Source: Methanotrichaceae archaeon
GTDB taxonomy: Archaea > Halobacteriota > Methanosarcinia > Methanotrichales > Methanotrichaceae
Length of the DNA stretch: 64,000 nucleotides
Assembly (NCBI GenBank): GCA_963748825.1
Contig: CAVVKN010000009.1
Span: 128,001 to 192,000 of the forward strand
Direction of reading: 5' to 3'
In this document: positions 41,652 to 52,380 of the stretch, piece by piece
Numbering within the stretch: the first letter of the stretch is position 1
Layout: each line of letters begins with the position of its first letter
Translations under genes and position numbers: made by a program
The notes under the pieces: model-generated
The model's input: the letters and a program-made list of their open reading frames with translations, nothing else
Database searches by the model: none
What the model was told of the DNA's origin: nothing

Positions 41652-41996
41652 ATGAATGCGCTTGCCCTAATTCCCGTTATTTTGCTGCTGCAGGCTTCAT
41701 ACTTCGATATGCAGGGCACTATAATGAATGTTATTTCTCCGTCCAGCCTTCTTATCGGAAATAATACCATTAACCTGGCGGATGTAGACGCTTCCGGGCT
41801 CAATCAAAGACAGTATGCTTATCTGATGGATGATCTCAAAAGCAGTCTGCTAGGCAAGGATGTCTTCGTCAAAGGTGGCTATGTTTATTTTGATTTGACA
41901 GGGAGCTACAATTCAGTGAGTATCAATGAGATGACTCAGAAGGAGATATCGGATTTAAAGGAAATGAGTAGATTCTTCTGTGATGAATGTAGATAA
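41652..41996 (+). CDS. Small secreted protein, possibly a degenerate thermonuclease (SNase) fold
   Basis: Signal-like N-terminus; G....VI....L......I.LADVDA...LLGKDV....YVY...IN. Confidence 0.55.
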   Translation: MNALALIPVILLLQASYFDMQGTIMNVISPSSLLIGNNTINLADVDASGLNQRQYAYLMDDLKSSLLGKDVFVKGGYVYFDLTGSYNSVSINEMTQKEISDLKEMSRFFCDECR

Positions 41997-42209
41997 TACT
42001 CATATATTTTAAATTTTGTGCTATTGTGTATAATATTGCCATGCTCGTATAATATATTTCCCATAGAGTATCCAGATGAGCACAAATATTCCAAAAATAA
42101 TGTAGAGGTTGGTGATATACACCAACCACTGAAGAAGACGCATCTTCTTCTCAGCCGTCCCAACCCAGTCTTCCGCTTTTCGCTCAAACCAGTTGGACAT
42201 CTGTTCCTA

Positions 42210-42905
42210 TTAAGCTGAAGCCTTGGCAGCGGCGGCTTTCTCCGCTTCCTTCTTGGCTTCTTCTGCTGCGGCTTTCCTCTCGGACTTGCCCTTGAGCATC
42301 TTCATCTTGACCAGGTTGTCCCTTTCCATCTCCTCCAAGGCCATGCTGATGAACTTGATGGTGTCCTTGAGATCGGGAACCACCTTGAACTCCAGAGCAT
42401 TGACACGCCTCTTGGTGCTGTCGATATCCTCGACAAGCCTTATCATGGCGGTCTCTACCTCTGCAGCTAAGATGATCTTATCCAGCAAGCCCTCATAGGC
42501 ATCAGCGGCCTCATCAATGGCGGCCCCAGTCCCAATGATGCCGTAGCCTCGCTCGAACATCTTCTTATGCACGGCCTCTGCCGCGATCTTGGGAACTACT
42601 ACGCCCATGATATTTCTGGACTCAAGCTGGATAACCGGCTCTTTTTGGAGGGAATAGGCCACGCTTCCGATGGCAACTGTCCCCTCGATGGCCATAGCCA
42701 TTTGAAGCCTCTGCTCGGCTACGATCAGAGCTTCAACCAGCTCTTTCCTGACCGTCTTGGCCTTGCTTAGCACCTCGAAGAACTCAATCATGAGGCCGTC
42801 ACGCTTCATTTTGAGGAGTGAGTGACCTGTTTTTGCGATCTTCATCCTTTTCTTGAGAGCGATCAGCACTGCCCTTGTCGGTTTTGTTCCTCGAATTACG
42901 GGCAT
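42210..42905 (-). CDS. atpD: A1Ao ATP synthase subunit D
   Basis: KPTR..L, GHSLLKMKRD, TKRRVNALE. Confidence 0.95.
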   Translation of the reverse strand: MPVIRGTKPTRAVLIALKKRMKIAKTGHSLLKMKRDGLMIEFFEVLSKAKTVRKELVEALIVAEQRLQMAMAIEGTVAIGSVAYSLQKEPVIQLESRNIMGVVVPKIAAEAVHKKMFERGYGIIGTGAAIDEAADAYEGLLDKIILAAEVETAMIRLVEDIDSTKRRVNALEFKVVPDLKDTIKFISMALEEMERDNLVKMKMLKGKSERKAAAEEAKKEAEKAAAAKASA

Positions 42906-42909
42906 GATC

Positions 42910-44290
42910 TCACTTCTTCGCTGCGTACTTGGGGTGGTATAGCTTGATGTATTTGTCATCAATCCTGGTGAGCATTGCTTCCGGCAGGTCTGCCAGGAGA
43001 TCCCATCCGATCTGGAGGGTGTCAAAGATAGACCTATCCTCATCTCTGCCCTGATTGACGAATCTCTTCTCGAACTTATCTGCGAACTCCAGCACCAATT
43101 TATCGCGCTCTGAGAGAGCCTCCTTGCCGACGATGGCCGCGAGACCGCGCAGATCATTGCCCTCTGCATAGTAAGCATAGAGCTGATCCGATACTGCCCT
43201 GTGATCCTCGCGAGTGTGGCCCTTGCCGATTCCAGAGTTCATGAGGCGGGACAGCGAGGGGCGGATGTCGACGGGCGGATAGATGCCCTTTCTGTGCAGC
43301 TCTCGGGAAATCGAGGATCTGGCCCTCGGTGATGTACCCGGACAGATCCGGGATGGGGTGAGTGATGTCGTCGCCGGGCATGGTCAGGATGGGGAACTGG
43401 GTGATGGAACCCTTTCTGCCCTTGATGATTCCGGCCCTCTCGTACTGGATGGCCAGGTCTGTATACATGTATCCTGGATAGCCGCGTCGTCCGGGCACCT
43501 CTTCACGAGCAGCGCCCATCTGTCTGAGCGACTCGCAGTAGTTGGTCATGTCCGTGTAGATGATGAGCACGTGCATGTCCAGATCGAAGGCAAGATACTC
43601 AGCGGTGGTCAAGCCCAGCCTGGGTGTCAGAATCCTCTCTACGGCCGGGTCGTCGGCCAGGTTGAGGAACACCACTGCCCTCTCCAGAGCACCTGTTCTC
43701 TCGAAGTCAGCCAGGAAGTGCTGAGCCTCCTCGTTGGTGATGCCCATGGCGCAGAAGATAACTGCGAACGACTCGGCTTCGCCCAAGGCCTTGGCTTGCC
43801 TGGCAATCTGCAGAGCAAGGTCGTTGTGAGGCAGACCTGCACCGGAGAAGATAGGCAGCTTCTGGCCGCGCACCAGTGTGTTGGTGCCGTCGATGGTGGA
43901 GATGCCGGTCTGGATAAAAGCGCGCGGCTTCTCACGGGAAGCTGGATTGATGGCAGCTCCTGCAATATCTCTCAATACCTCTGGAACAATTTCCGGCCCG
44001 CCGTCTCTAGGCTTTCCGGATCCGGATAGAACGCGTCCCACAATGGCGGGAGACAGAGGCATCTTGATGACGTCTCCGGTGAAACTGACGGCAGAATCCT
44101 TGGACAGACCGCCGGTTCCCTCGAATACCTGGATAACCACGATCTCATCGGAGGAATCCAGCACCTGCCCTCTCTTCAGCTCTCCGCCCGTTCTGATCTC
44201 GACGAGCTCCATGTAGCCCACAGGCTCAGTCTTCTCTACGAAGAGGAGTGGTCCGGAGATCTCAGTAATAGTCTTGTATTCCTTTGTCAT
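42910..44290 (-). CDS. atpB: A1Ao ATP synthase subunit B (apparent +1 frameshift at about 43313)
   Basis: [37 protein letters not shown]; continues in another frame as [12 protein letters not shown]...PSLSRLM. Confidence 0.93.
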
Positions 44291-44302
44291 TTTGAACCCA
44301 CC

Positions 44303-46033
44303 TCACTTCAGCGCCTTGAACTCGGCGTCCATCTGAGCCAAAACCTTTGCAAGGATGGGCTCATACTCGGCTTCCAGCCTCACCTTGGCCAGAGCATCCT
44401 TGGATGGAACAGATGTAATCTGCGACACAGGTATGCCCTTCTGGACTGCATCGAAGGCATAGTCTCTGTACTTCAGGATTGCATCCAATAGATCGTACTG
44501 CTTCTTGTAGGGACAGAATGTGTCTACGGGGTGGAATGCGCTCTGTGCCAGCCAGAAGTTGATGATCATCCTGGCAACTTCCAGTGTGACCTGCTGATCC
44601 TCAGGAAGGGCATCGGAACCCACGAGCATCACGATCTCTTCCAGCTCGGCATTCTCTTGCAGTATGGCCATGGCCCGTCTCTTGTTCTTGTTCCAGTTCG
44701 GGCTTACATTCTCCACGAACCAAGGCTCGAGGATCTGGTCGTATAGAGAATAGGAATCCAGCCAGTTGATAGACGGGAAGTGACGCCGCTGAGTTAGCTT
44801 AGAGTCCAGTGCCCAGAATACCTTGACCATTCTCAGTGTGTTCTGAGTGACGGGCTCGGTGAAGTCTCCGCCGGCAGGGGAAACAGCACCTACAATGCTG
44901 ACAGAACCCTGGCCGCCGTTCAAAACCTCGGCACGTCCGGCACGCTCGTAGAAGTCGGCGAGTCTGGCACCCAGGTAAGCGGGATAGCCTTCTTCACCAG
45001 GCATCTCTTCTAGACGCGAGCCCATCTCTCTCATGGCCTCTGCCCACCTGGAAGTGGAGTCAGCGGTCATCAGGACGTCGTAGCCCATATCTCTGTAGTA
45101 CTCTGACGTGGTCATTCCGGTGTAAACGGAAGCCTCACGAGCAGCCACAGGCATGTTGGAGGTATTGGCGTAAACGATGGACCTCTCCATGAGGGGTCTG
45201 CCGGTCCTGGGATCCTGCAGCTCGGGGAACTCATGCAGAAGATCGGCCATCTCATTGCCGCGCTCGCCGCATCCCACATAAACCACAATATCAACATCTG
45301 CCCACTTGGACAGGGTCTGCTGCATAACCGTCTTTCCGGTACCAAATCCGCCTGGAATGGCTGCAGTTCCGCCCTTGGCCAGGGAGAAGAATCCGTCCAC
45401 TACCCTCTGTCCTGTTCTCAGGGGAATGGTGGGTGCCAGCTTTGCGGTAACAGGCCGAGCCTGTCTTACCGGCCACTTGTGCATCATGGTGAGCTTTGTC
45501 CCGTCCTCAAAGACGAGAACTGTCTCATCGACGTTGAAGTTTCCAGAGTAGATCTCCTTGACAGTTCCGCCCTTATTCTTGGGTGGGACCATGATCTTAT
45601 GCTTGATGAGCAGCTGCTCCTGAACCTCACCAAAGCATTGCCCAGGCTTTAGGACATCTCCCTTCTTAACTATGGGCTTGAACTCCCACTTTTTCTTATG
45701 ATCAATGCCGTCAACGAATAGGCCTCGGCTGATGAAGTCTCCCGACATCTCTGCCAGCTTGGGCAGTGGCCTTTGAATACCGTCGTAAATCTGGGTCAGA
45801 ATGCCTGGACCCAGTTGTGCTACGAGCGGAGCTCCTGTCTCCTTGACGGGCTCGCCGGGCCGCACGCCGCCCGTATCCTCGTATACCTGAATGATATGTT
45901 TATTGCCGGAAATGCCGATGACTTCGCTCATCAGGCCTTCCTCGCCGACCAGGACCAGGTCGTACATGGAAGCCTTCAGGCCCGTTGCCTGAACTAGTGG
46001 TCCGGCGACTCGCTTTATTTTACCTACTTCCAT
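44303..46033 (-). CDS. atpA: A1Ao ATP synthase subunit A
   Basis: [38 protein letters not shown]. No intein. Confidence 0.97.
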   Translation of the reverse strand: MEVGKIKRVAGPLVQATGLKASMYDLVLVGEEGLMSEVIGISGNKHIIQVYEDTGGVRPGEPVKETGAPLVAQLGPGILTQIYDGIQRPLPKLAEMSGDFISRGLFVDGIDHKKKWEFKPIVKKGDVLKPGQCFGEVQEQLLIKHKIMVPPKNKGGTVKEIYSGNFNVDETVLVFEDGTKLTMMHKWPVRQARPVTAKLAPTIPLRTGQRVVDGFFSLAKGGTAAIPGGFGTGKTVMQQTLSKWADVDIVVYVGCGERGNEMADLLHEFPELQDPRTGRPLMERSIVYANTSNMPVAAREASVYTGMTTSEYYRDMGYDVLMTADSTSRWAEAMREMGSRLEEMPGEEGYPAYLGARLADFYERAGRAEVLNGGQGSVSIVGAVSPAGGDFTEPVTQNTLRMVKVFWALDSKLTQRRHFPSINWLDSYSLYDQILEPWFVENVSPNWNKNKRRAMAILQENAELEEIVMLVGSDALPEDQQVTLEVARMIINFWLAQSAFHPVDTFCPYKKQYDLLDAILKYRDYAFDAVQKGIPVSQITSVPSKDALAKVRLEAEYEPILAKVLAQMDAEFKALK

Positions 46034-46323
46034 AAATCAACACCTATTGCCCTCTTAATCTTCTCTCTCATCTCTGTGCTCTGCTCGGTTCCGATAGAAA
46101 TTATGGTAGGCTTGATCGACTCGGAGAGCTGCTCTTGAAGCCTCTTGGGCAGCTTATTGTAATCCGATTGCTTCAAGACCAGAATTCCCACATTGGAATC
46201 AGCCATGACTGCGCCAATCTTTGAGACCATCTCCTCTTCGGTGTTGGCCTCATAAGATTTCTTTATTCCTGCCAGATTGAACCCGAGGACGCTATCGCTG
46301 CCTCCCACAAAAGCAATCTCCAT
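46024..46323 (-). CDS. atpF: A1Ao ATP synthase subunit F
   Basis: IAFVG..D..LGF.LAG...IKRAIGVDL; operon position. Confidence 0.93.
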   Translation of the reverse strand: MEIAFVGGSDSVLGFNLAGIKKSYEANTEEEMVSKIGAVMADSNVGILVLKQSDYNKLPKRLQEQLSESIKPTIISIGTEQSTEMREKIKRAIGVDLWK

Positions 46324-46325
46324 TT

Positions 46326-47384
46326 TTACGCCACCACCACTTGCTCCTCGATGAGTTCGGCAGGAAGTCCAGCTTCCTTTCCTCTCACAATCTTCCTGAT
46401 GTTGGAAACCTCAGTCTCTTTGCTCACCATATAGCCGAGCACCGGCAAGATAGATAACGGATGATAGTTGGAAAGAGCCCACGCATACCGGATGAGATAC
46501 GCCCTTAGCCTGGCCTCAATTCTGCTGACCGCATCCAGATCTACAGATGCGATGTCCGAAATGGAGGACCAGAAGGGATATCCTTCAAGCCCGCGCAGGA
46601 ACTCGCCGAAAGGCTGACCGGCCATCCGGCTCAGCTCTCCATGCAGCTTGCCTCCGGGGATGAGATTCTCTTGTATCACGGCTGCATCGATGCCTGCCTT
46701 GTTCATCCTGAAGAGAGTGATCAAATTTCTTATATCGACCTCTCTTCGGACGTACTTGAGCAGCAGGCCTCCGCCCACAGATAGAGTTCCGCCCACGGCC
46801 AGCTCCATTCTGAAGTAATAGAGCTTGTCGAGAGCATTCTCCAACGATGCCAAATTCTTGCCGTCGTATTGCGCCAGTGCGCTGGAATAGTCTGTTCCAT
46901 CAAAGGCCGATATGATGTCGGTTATGGACTCCTTCTTGGCCAGCTCCTCGAGGCGCTCTGCGGATAACTCACCAGCCGGCACGAGATGTTTCACTATCTC
47001 AGTGTCGGTGGCCCCGTAGAACTTGCCGCGTAGGAGCGTCTTGATGTTCCACACATCCCAGCGCCGGAGGTACTCCAGAATCAGGAATGAGGGCTCATCT
47101 ATTGAGACCTCCTCGAGCCTCCTGAAGGTCTTTGCCATATTGGCAAAGGTGGCGTGTTCGATGAGATCCACACCGGAGTAGTCCTTGGATAACGCGTCGA
47201 TCTCATCCTTATACTGGGTCTCTTCCAGGTAGCGGGCGATCTCAGACATATCCATATTCATCATCCTGGCATACATCTCCGCCGGGACGAGCTTTGTCTT
47301 CATCGCCCTGACTCTGCCCGTGATGTAAGCGTACTTCACCGGTGAACCGAACTTCGGCAAACGTAGTACTGGCATCGTCCTCAC
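46326..47384 (-). CDS. atpC: A1Ao ATP synthase subunit C
   Basis: YAY..GRVRAMK..L, WD..NIK...R, KE.EV.NIR...RGK. Confidence 0.93.
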   Translation of the reverse strand: MRTMPVLRLPKFGSPVKYAYITGRVRAMKTKLVPAEMYARMMNMDMSEIARYLEETQYKDEIDALSKDYSGVDLIEHATFANMAKTFRRLEEVSIDEPSFLILEYLRRWDVWNIKTLLRGKFYGATDTEIVKHLVPAGELSAERLEELAKKESITDIISAFDGTDYSSALAQYDGKNLASLENALDKLYYFRMELAVGGTLSVGGGLLLKYVRREVDIRNLITLFRMNKAGIDAAVIQENLIPGGKLHGELSRMAGQPFGEFLRGLEGYPFWSSISDIASVDLDAVSRIEARLRAYLIRYAWALSNYHPLSILPVLGYMVSKETEVSNIRKIVRGKEAGLPAELIEEQVVVA

Positions 47385-47929
47385 CCGAATAAGATCCTGG
47401 AAACCTCTTTCATGCGGTTATTAAAGACCTCACGCGCAAGAGTTTCGTAGGTTAAATCGTAACGCAGAGCTCCATCACTGCTCTCAACCACAGCGCCGCC
47501 TATGATGTCCAGGTTCCCGCCATAATTTGAGGCGAGAGAGGTTATGAAGGCCTCATCTCTCTTGTTGGAGAAGACCTTCATTTCCTTGAGATCGTGAGGC
47601 TCGAGCAGCTTTTTGAGCATGGCTTCGTTATCCTTCTTCGGAAGATTCTGCAGCTTCTGAAGCAGCTTCGTCCTAGCCTGCTCAAGGAGATCCTTGTGAA
47701 CATTCAACTCCGCTCTCTTGACCTCGAGATTGGCGCTGGAGATCTCCCTGCGCTCTATAGCCTCAATCGTGTGTCCAACCTCTGCTTCCTTTCTGGACTT
47801 TATCTCAGCGGCACGTTCCCTAGCTTCGTTGAGTGCCCTTGCAACCTCTTGGTCGGCTTCACTGGTTATCTGAGCGACCTTTTCCTTGCTTGTTGCCAGG
47901 ACTGACTCAACCACTGCATCTAGTGCCAT
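47381..47929 (-). CDS. atpE: A1Ao ATP synthase subunit E
   Basis: Coiled N-terminus, IIGG.VVES.DG...D.T; operon position. Confidence 0.9.
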   Translation of the reverse strand: MALDAVVESVLATSKEKVAQITSEADQEVARALNEARERAAEIKSRKEAEVGHTIEAIERREISSANLEVKRAELNVHKDLLEQARTKLLQKLQNLPKKDNEAMLKKLLEPHDLKEMKVFSNKRDEAFITSLASNYGGNLDIIGGAVVESSDGALRYDLTYETLAREVFNNRMKEVSRILFG

Positions 47930-47959
47930 TGCCTCTTACACTCCTTGTAATTGGCTAGC

Positions 47960-48226
47960 TTAGGGTGTCACGATGCCAGAGAAGGGTGTCCAGGCGAACA
48001 TCAGAATCAGCGATACTGCGAGACCGAAGATGATCAGTGTCTCGGGCAGAAGCATGAGGAACAGACCCTTGCCCAGAAATCCGGGCTCCTCAGCCACAAC
48101 GCCAACCACAGCAGCGCCGATACCCTGTTCACCCATACCAGCACCAATGCCTGCTAATCCGGTAGCCAAGCCTGCGCCGACAGCCAACAATCCATACAAT
48201 ATTCCTGCATCTGCTACAACTGCCAT
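47960..48226 (-). CDS. atpK: A1Ao ATP synthase proteolipid subunit K (single hairpin)
   Basis: GAGLATGLAGIGAG...LPETLIIFG. Confidence 0.93.
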   Translation of the reverse strand: MAVVADAGILYGLLAVGAGLATGLAGIGAGMGEQGIGAAVVGVVAEEPGFLGKGLFLMLLPETLIIFGLAVSLILMFAWTPFSGIVTP

Positions 48227-48293
48227 TTTCCTCAATCCTCCTTTATATGAATATTACAATTTGCATTCGATCTTTCAATTCGTTCTATCGAAT

Positions 48294-50336
48294 TCATGCT
48301 TTCAGGAACCTCCGGACATGTCCGAAGGGACTGTACTCCACTCCACCGCCATGTGCGCTGTAGAACTTCGTGAACATCTCCACATAATGCAACCTGAGAG
48401 GATGCATGAAGGGAGAGAGAATTCCCAGCAGGAAGTTGATGAAGTGCACTACGACCAGTATCATGACACCAACGATGATGGCAGGTATCGTGAACTCAGC
48501 GCTGTTGGTCGCTCCGCCGCTCAGCATGGGCATTATGACGTAGAAGGCCAGCTGGTTAGCAGCATACGCCAGACCCACCGAAGCAAGGCCGATGGCTAAT
48601 AACCTAAGATAGGATATTAGGTTGCTCACATAGAATGGCATGTGGGCAATGCTCATAGGCCCTTCCGGTCCCATTATCAGCATCACTATGGCGACTAAAA
48701 TTACGACAGCACTTGCAATTACCAACATCATCTGACCTATGACAAGTCCAAGCACAAGCAATCCAAAGAATATTTGGACGAGCATCACAGGAAATCTCTC
48801 GAAATAGGCATGCTTCTTCTCGCCGTAGGCCAGCTCCGTCTTGATGCCCAAGATAGAACCAACGCTGCAGTGAATAATGCCTATGATGACACTAGTACCG
48901 ATCAATAACAAAACCGCGTTACTTGCCAGCCGGTCCAGGGGGAAAATATCAATTCCCGGCCAAAATCCGATTCTTCCCAGCGAGCCAAAAACACCTTCAC
49001 CGAAATAGAGACCAGCCTGTTGTGCCATCTCCATCTCATGCTCGGATATGTGTCCCATGATCCTGCCCCATAGACCTAAGGGGCCAAAGATCTCGCCGAA
49101 GAATATGCCGAATATGATAGCCCACACGCTGGAAATCAAAACGACGTTGATCAACTGCTGCCAGCCAGGTGTTTTGAACTTCCTCTTCAGAAGCACCATA
49201 GTCAGAAACGCCATGACGCCATAGCCGATATCACCCAGAATCATGCCGAACATGATTGGGAAGAATACGAATATCAGCAATGACGGATCGAACTCCTTAT
49301 ACTCGGGAATGGCGAACATCCTTGTTACCAGTTCGTAAGGCTTGACCAGGCTGGGATTATCCATCTGGGTCGGTATGTCTTCGCCCTTCTCGACAAGTTC
49401 GTCTGTCTCTTTATCTGCGATCAACGAAACTTCAAGCTTGCCGCCAGCTGCGCTCTCCAGCTCGCTCTTGAGCCTGCTGAATTGATCTGCTGGAACATAC
49501 CCATCTATAACGAAGGCGTTGGCCGTCTCAGCAAACCTGAGTGGTACCTCTGTCTTCTGGGTCTGCATGGACAGAAACTCGTCCGTTGCCAGCATCAGAT
49601 CTTCATACTGCTTCTTCATGTCGGCAAGCTTCTTTTGGAGCGGCACTTTTTCGCCTTCCAAGGATTTGATGCTGCCTTCAAGAGTAGCAATCGCCGAATC
49701 TACATTGCCTTCCAGCCTGGGTACGGATGTCTCAGAAAACCCATGTTCGGAAAGGACTGAAGATACTTCGCCGGCCTTTTCCGCAGGCACAAATATTGCT
49801 ACAAAAGTTGCATTCTTGGCGCTTCCGGAATATACCTCATTTACAGGAGATACCCTCGCTACATCGGCATCAACTGGTGTTGTTGCTGTGCCGACAAAGG
49901 TCGCCAGAGAATCATAACCATAGTAAGCTTCTAAAGGCAGCGGCAAGACAGCCAAAGGAGTCAGAGACTTGATCTGATCCTGTTTGGACTTTACTTCTGC
50001 GTCGATGGCAACGATGCGCTCGTATGTAGTAGTAACATCCGCGCCGACGTTATTGAGAAGATTATCCAGCTCCGATAGAACCTGGCTCTCGGGATATGCC
50101 TTATCAGGAAACTTCTTATTTAGTGCAAGGTACCTGGTGACAGATCTGAGCTTAATAAGATCCTCGGAGTATTCTTTGGCTTTGCCAATGGGCTTGCCCA
50201 TCTCAAACTGAGGTTGGCTGCCATTATAGTTAACAATGTGGAGCAAGCGCAACTCATGCAGCTTTTCTACAACTGGAGATATTACGTTCTTTGACCCGGC
50301 GACGACTACACGACTCATCTTTACGGGTCTAAGCAT
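48294..50336 (-). CDS. atpI: A1Ao ATP synthase subunit I
   Basis: P.Y.E.DP, FGMILGDIGYG, SYLRL.A.GL, LRLHYVE.F.KFY. Confidence 0.95.
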   Translation of the reverse strand: MLRPVKMSRVVVAGSKNVISPVVEKLHELRLLHIVNYNGSQPQFEMGKPIGKAKEYSEDLIKLRSVTRYLALNKKFPDKAYPESQVLSELDNLLNNVGADVTTTYERIVAIDAEVKSKQDQIKSLTPLAVLPLPLEAYYGYDSLATFVGTATTPVDADVARVSPVNEVYSGSAKNATFVAIFVPAEKAGEVSSVLSEHGFSETSVPRLEGNVDSAIATLEGSIKSLEGEKVPLQKKLADMKKQYEDLMLATDEFLSMQTQKTEVPLRFAETANAFVIDGYVPADQFSRLKSELESAAGGKLEVSLIADKETDELVEKGEDIPTQMDNPSLVKPYELVTRMFAIPEYKEFDPSLLIFVFFPIMFGMILGDIGYGVMAFLTMVLLKRKFKTPGWQQLINVVLISSVWAIIFGIFFGEIFGPLGLWGRIMGHISEHEMEMAQQAGLYFGEGVFGSLGRIGFWPGIDIFPLDRLASNAVLLLIGTSVIIGIIHCSVGSILGIKTELAYGEKKHAYFERFPVMLVQIFFGLLVLGLVIGQMMLVIASAVVILVAIVMLIMGPEGPMSIAHMPFYVSNLISYLRLLAIGLASVGLAYAANQLAFYVIMPMLSGGATNSAEFTIPAIIVGVMILVVVHFINFLLGILSPFMHPLRLHYVEMFTKFYSAHGGGVEYSPFGHVRRFLKA

Positions 50337-50655
50337 GCAACAACCCCATGAACTCCTTTATCAAATATTCAACCGCTTTGTCCAGCTTTGCGCTGGCGCT
50401 GCCGCTCATTGAACTTACGTTCTTCTCACCGCTGTTAACGATCGATGCTTTCTTGGATTTCACATCGCTATCAGCTTTGGCAACGCTCTTGTCATAGTAG
50501 TCCTGTGCATCCGACTCGGCGGATTTGACAAGGTTTGCAGCTTCAGTAGTGGCAGCGGCTATCTTTTTTTCCTTCTCATCCAAGGCCCGCTGGACTGCTG
50601 CCTTGGCTTCAGCCTCTGCCGATTTAATTTTCGATAAGATATCGTCTCTAGCCAT
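50329..50655 (-). CDS. atpH: A1Ao ATP synthase subunit H
   Basis: IL..IK.AE.EA coiled protein; first gene of the operon. Confidence 0.85.
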   Translation of the reverse strand: MARDDILSKIKSAEAEAKAAVQRALDEKEKKIAAATTEAANLVKSAESDAQDYYDKSVAKADSDVKSKKASIVNSGEKNVSSMSGSASAKLDKAVEYLIKEFMGLLHA

Positions 50656-50810
50656 CTGATCCCTCTACTTCTTCCCTCACTACACCTCTTGCGTTTTTCA
50701 AACAGCGCTACATCACTTTAGGCTCGTGATAAACGTTCAGATCCATCCTCATCTACCAATATAAACTCTTCGGTTTTGATTTGAGGAGAGGCTAAGTATT
50801 ATCTTTCCTC

Positions 50811-51974
50811 TTAGGAACCCCAAAATCTCAAGGCTGTTTCCAGCTCTTTGTGGTCTTTTGCGTATTCTTTTAGGGGAATATGCTTCATCCAGGCATCCGT
50901 CGCCTGCACCATAGCCCTTGCACCGGCAGTAGTCCCATCGGGATGGCCGTGCACCCCTCCGCCTGCCTGGATGATGCAATCAATGCCATAGCCGTCCAAA
51001 TTTCCATGAACTTTGGCCGGATAGACCCCGCCCGAGGCCACCGGGAAGACTCTCTTGTAGCCGTGCCAATCTCCTCGCAGAGCATCACGGGAGAGGTCGT
51101 TTTCCTGGGTTTCGCGCGCCATCTTGCCCATGTAGCTTCCCGTATGCAAGTTGGTGCCCCCCGTCATGCGCACCAGCTTGGATATCACCAACATGGCAAT
51201 TCCGTGCCCTTTGTCTCTGGTAAAGGCACCGTGCATGGTTCTGTGAACATGTATGGGGACACTCATGTTCTTTGATAGAACCTCCAGTGCAGAAAAGCCG
51301 CTCGTCAGGACATCGATCATAACCATGTTGGCGCCATGATCTACGGCCTGCTCTGCGCGCTCCAGGATCTTATCGCAGTCGGCAGTGACATTCACCGCAT
51401 AGAATGCCTTCTTGCCCGTCTCCGTCTCCACTTTGTCCAAGGCGCTCATGACCGCCTCCAGCCTCGGGATGAGCGGGCAGAAGCTCTGATCGGTCAGTGT
51501 CTCGTCGTCTTTGACCAGGTCCAGTCCGCCGCGAACAGCCGCTGCTGCTACAGCCGCGGTGCCAGCCGGGTCCAAACCCACCTTGGGCTTGACGATGGTG
51601 CCAACCAATGGACGGCCATAAACTCCTAAGATTTTTCTTGCGTCTTCAATGCCGAAGCGAGGGCCTTTATGCGCAGCAAGCAGACTCTCCGGGAAGATGA
51701 CATCCTGCAGCCGTACCTTTTTCAGATCGCCCAGGCCGAATAGATTTCCCGCCACCACAGAGAGGTACTGAGGGATGTTTCCCGGCTCGAAAAGCTCCTC
51801 GGGAAAGCCGATCTCGACATTGCTGCCCTCTGCCAGGATCACCCTCGCCGCGAGGGGGTTGTCCTGGCCCCGCACCGCGGTCCAGGTGCCCGTGGACTGC
51901 TCTGCAGCTATAGCCTCCGCCGCTTTCTGAATGGGAAGGTCTGTTTCTACATGATATTTTGCAATCAGTTCCAT
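50811..51974 (-). CDS. rbcL: RuBisCO large subunit, archaeal form III-type
   Basis: EQSTGTW, GN.FG, GTIVKPKVG, KDDE, HVHR.MHG, HTGS..GKM, ASGG, GGG.HGHP. The catalytic set appears complete. Confidence 0.9.
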   Translation of the reverse strand: MELIAKYHVETDLPIQKAAEAIAAEQSTGTWTAVRGQDNPLAARVILAEGSNVEIGFPEELFEPGNIPQYLSVVAGNLFGLGDLKKVRLQDVIFPESLLAAHKGPRFGIEDARKILGVYGRPLVGTIVKPKVGLDPAGTAAVAAAAVRGGLDLVKDDETLTDQSFCPLIPRLEAVMSALDKVETETGKKAFYAVNVTADCDKILERAEQAVDHGANMVMIDVLTSGFSALEVLSKNMSVPIHVHRTMHGAFTRDKGHGIAMLVISKLVRMTGGTNLHTGSYMGKMARETQENDLSRDALRGDWHGYKRVFPVASGGVYPAKVHGNLDGYGIDCIIQAGGGVHGHPDGTTAGARAMVQATDAWMKHIPLKEYAKDHKELETALRFWGS

Positions 51975-52188
51975 ACTACTGCTCCTGATGTCTATTCTCA
52001 GCCAGCTGGACCCTTCCGCCATCTGGATAATTCCTTCTCAAAATGACATCGAGTCTTCATTGGCCAATTCAGAGCATAGATGAGTCTCTGGCAGATATAA
52101 GAACTCCTGCCGGAGAGACTTAAGATTGTGTAGTCCCGAAACTATTGAGATAATATATCCATCACTGTGCATGGGAAAGAAGAATAAA

Positions 52189-52280
52189 ACCGGAACAACC
52201 GAGATTCAGCGGCCTCCGGTTTCCAGAACATGATCTATGACAGAAGAGGTTTCACTGCTGAGCTGCGGCAAAAATTATGG
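52189..52280 (+). pseudogene. Degenerate fragment of the class II aldolase gene
   Basis: Aligns to about 54384-54477. Exact 28-bp match 52216-52243 = 54412-54439. Confidence 0.85.
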
Positions 52281-52380
52281 AAAATTCTGGCAAACAGCAA
52301 TTAGAGGATGAAGCAGATTTTTTTCGGTACGGGGGGCAACATATTTATTATTAGAGAAAAACCTACAGACTGCCAAAAAA

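Noticed and set aside
42906-43178. N-terminal extension of atpD in the ORF track
   Set aside because: It overlaps the true atpB C-terminus in another frame. atpD starts at 42905.
44303-46033. Intein in atpA (also checked top6B and pyrG)
   Set aside because: Lengths are normal and no intein motifs are seen.
50811-51974. RuBisCO-like protein (form IV)
   Set aside because: The KxK, KDDE, HR, H and loop-6 K, SGG and GGG residues are all present, which supports a true carboxylase.
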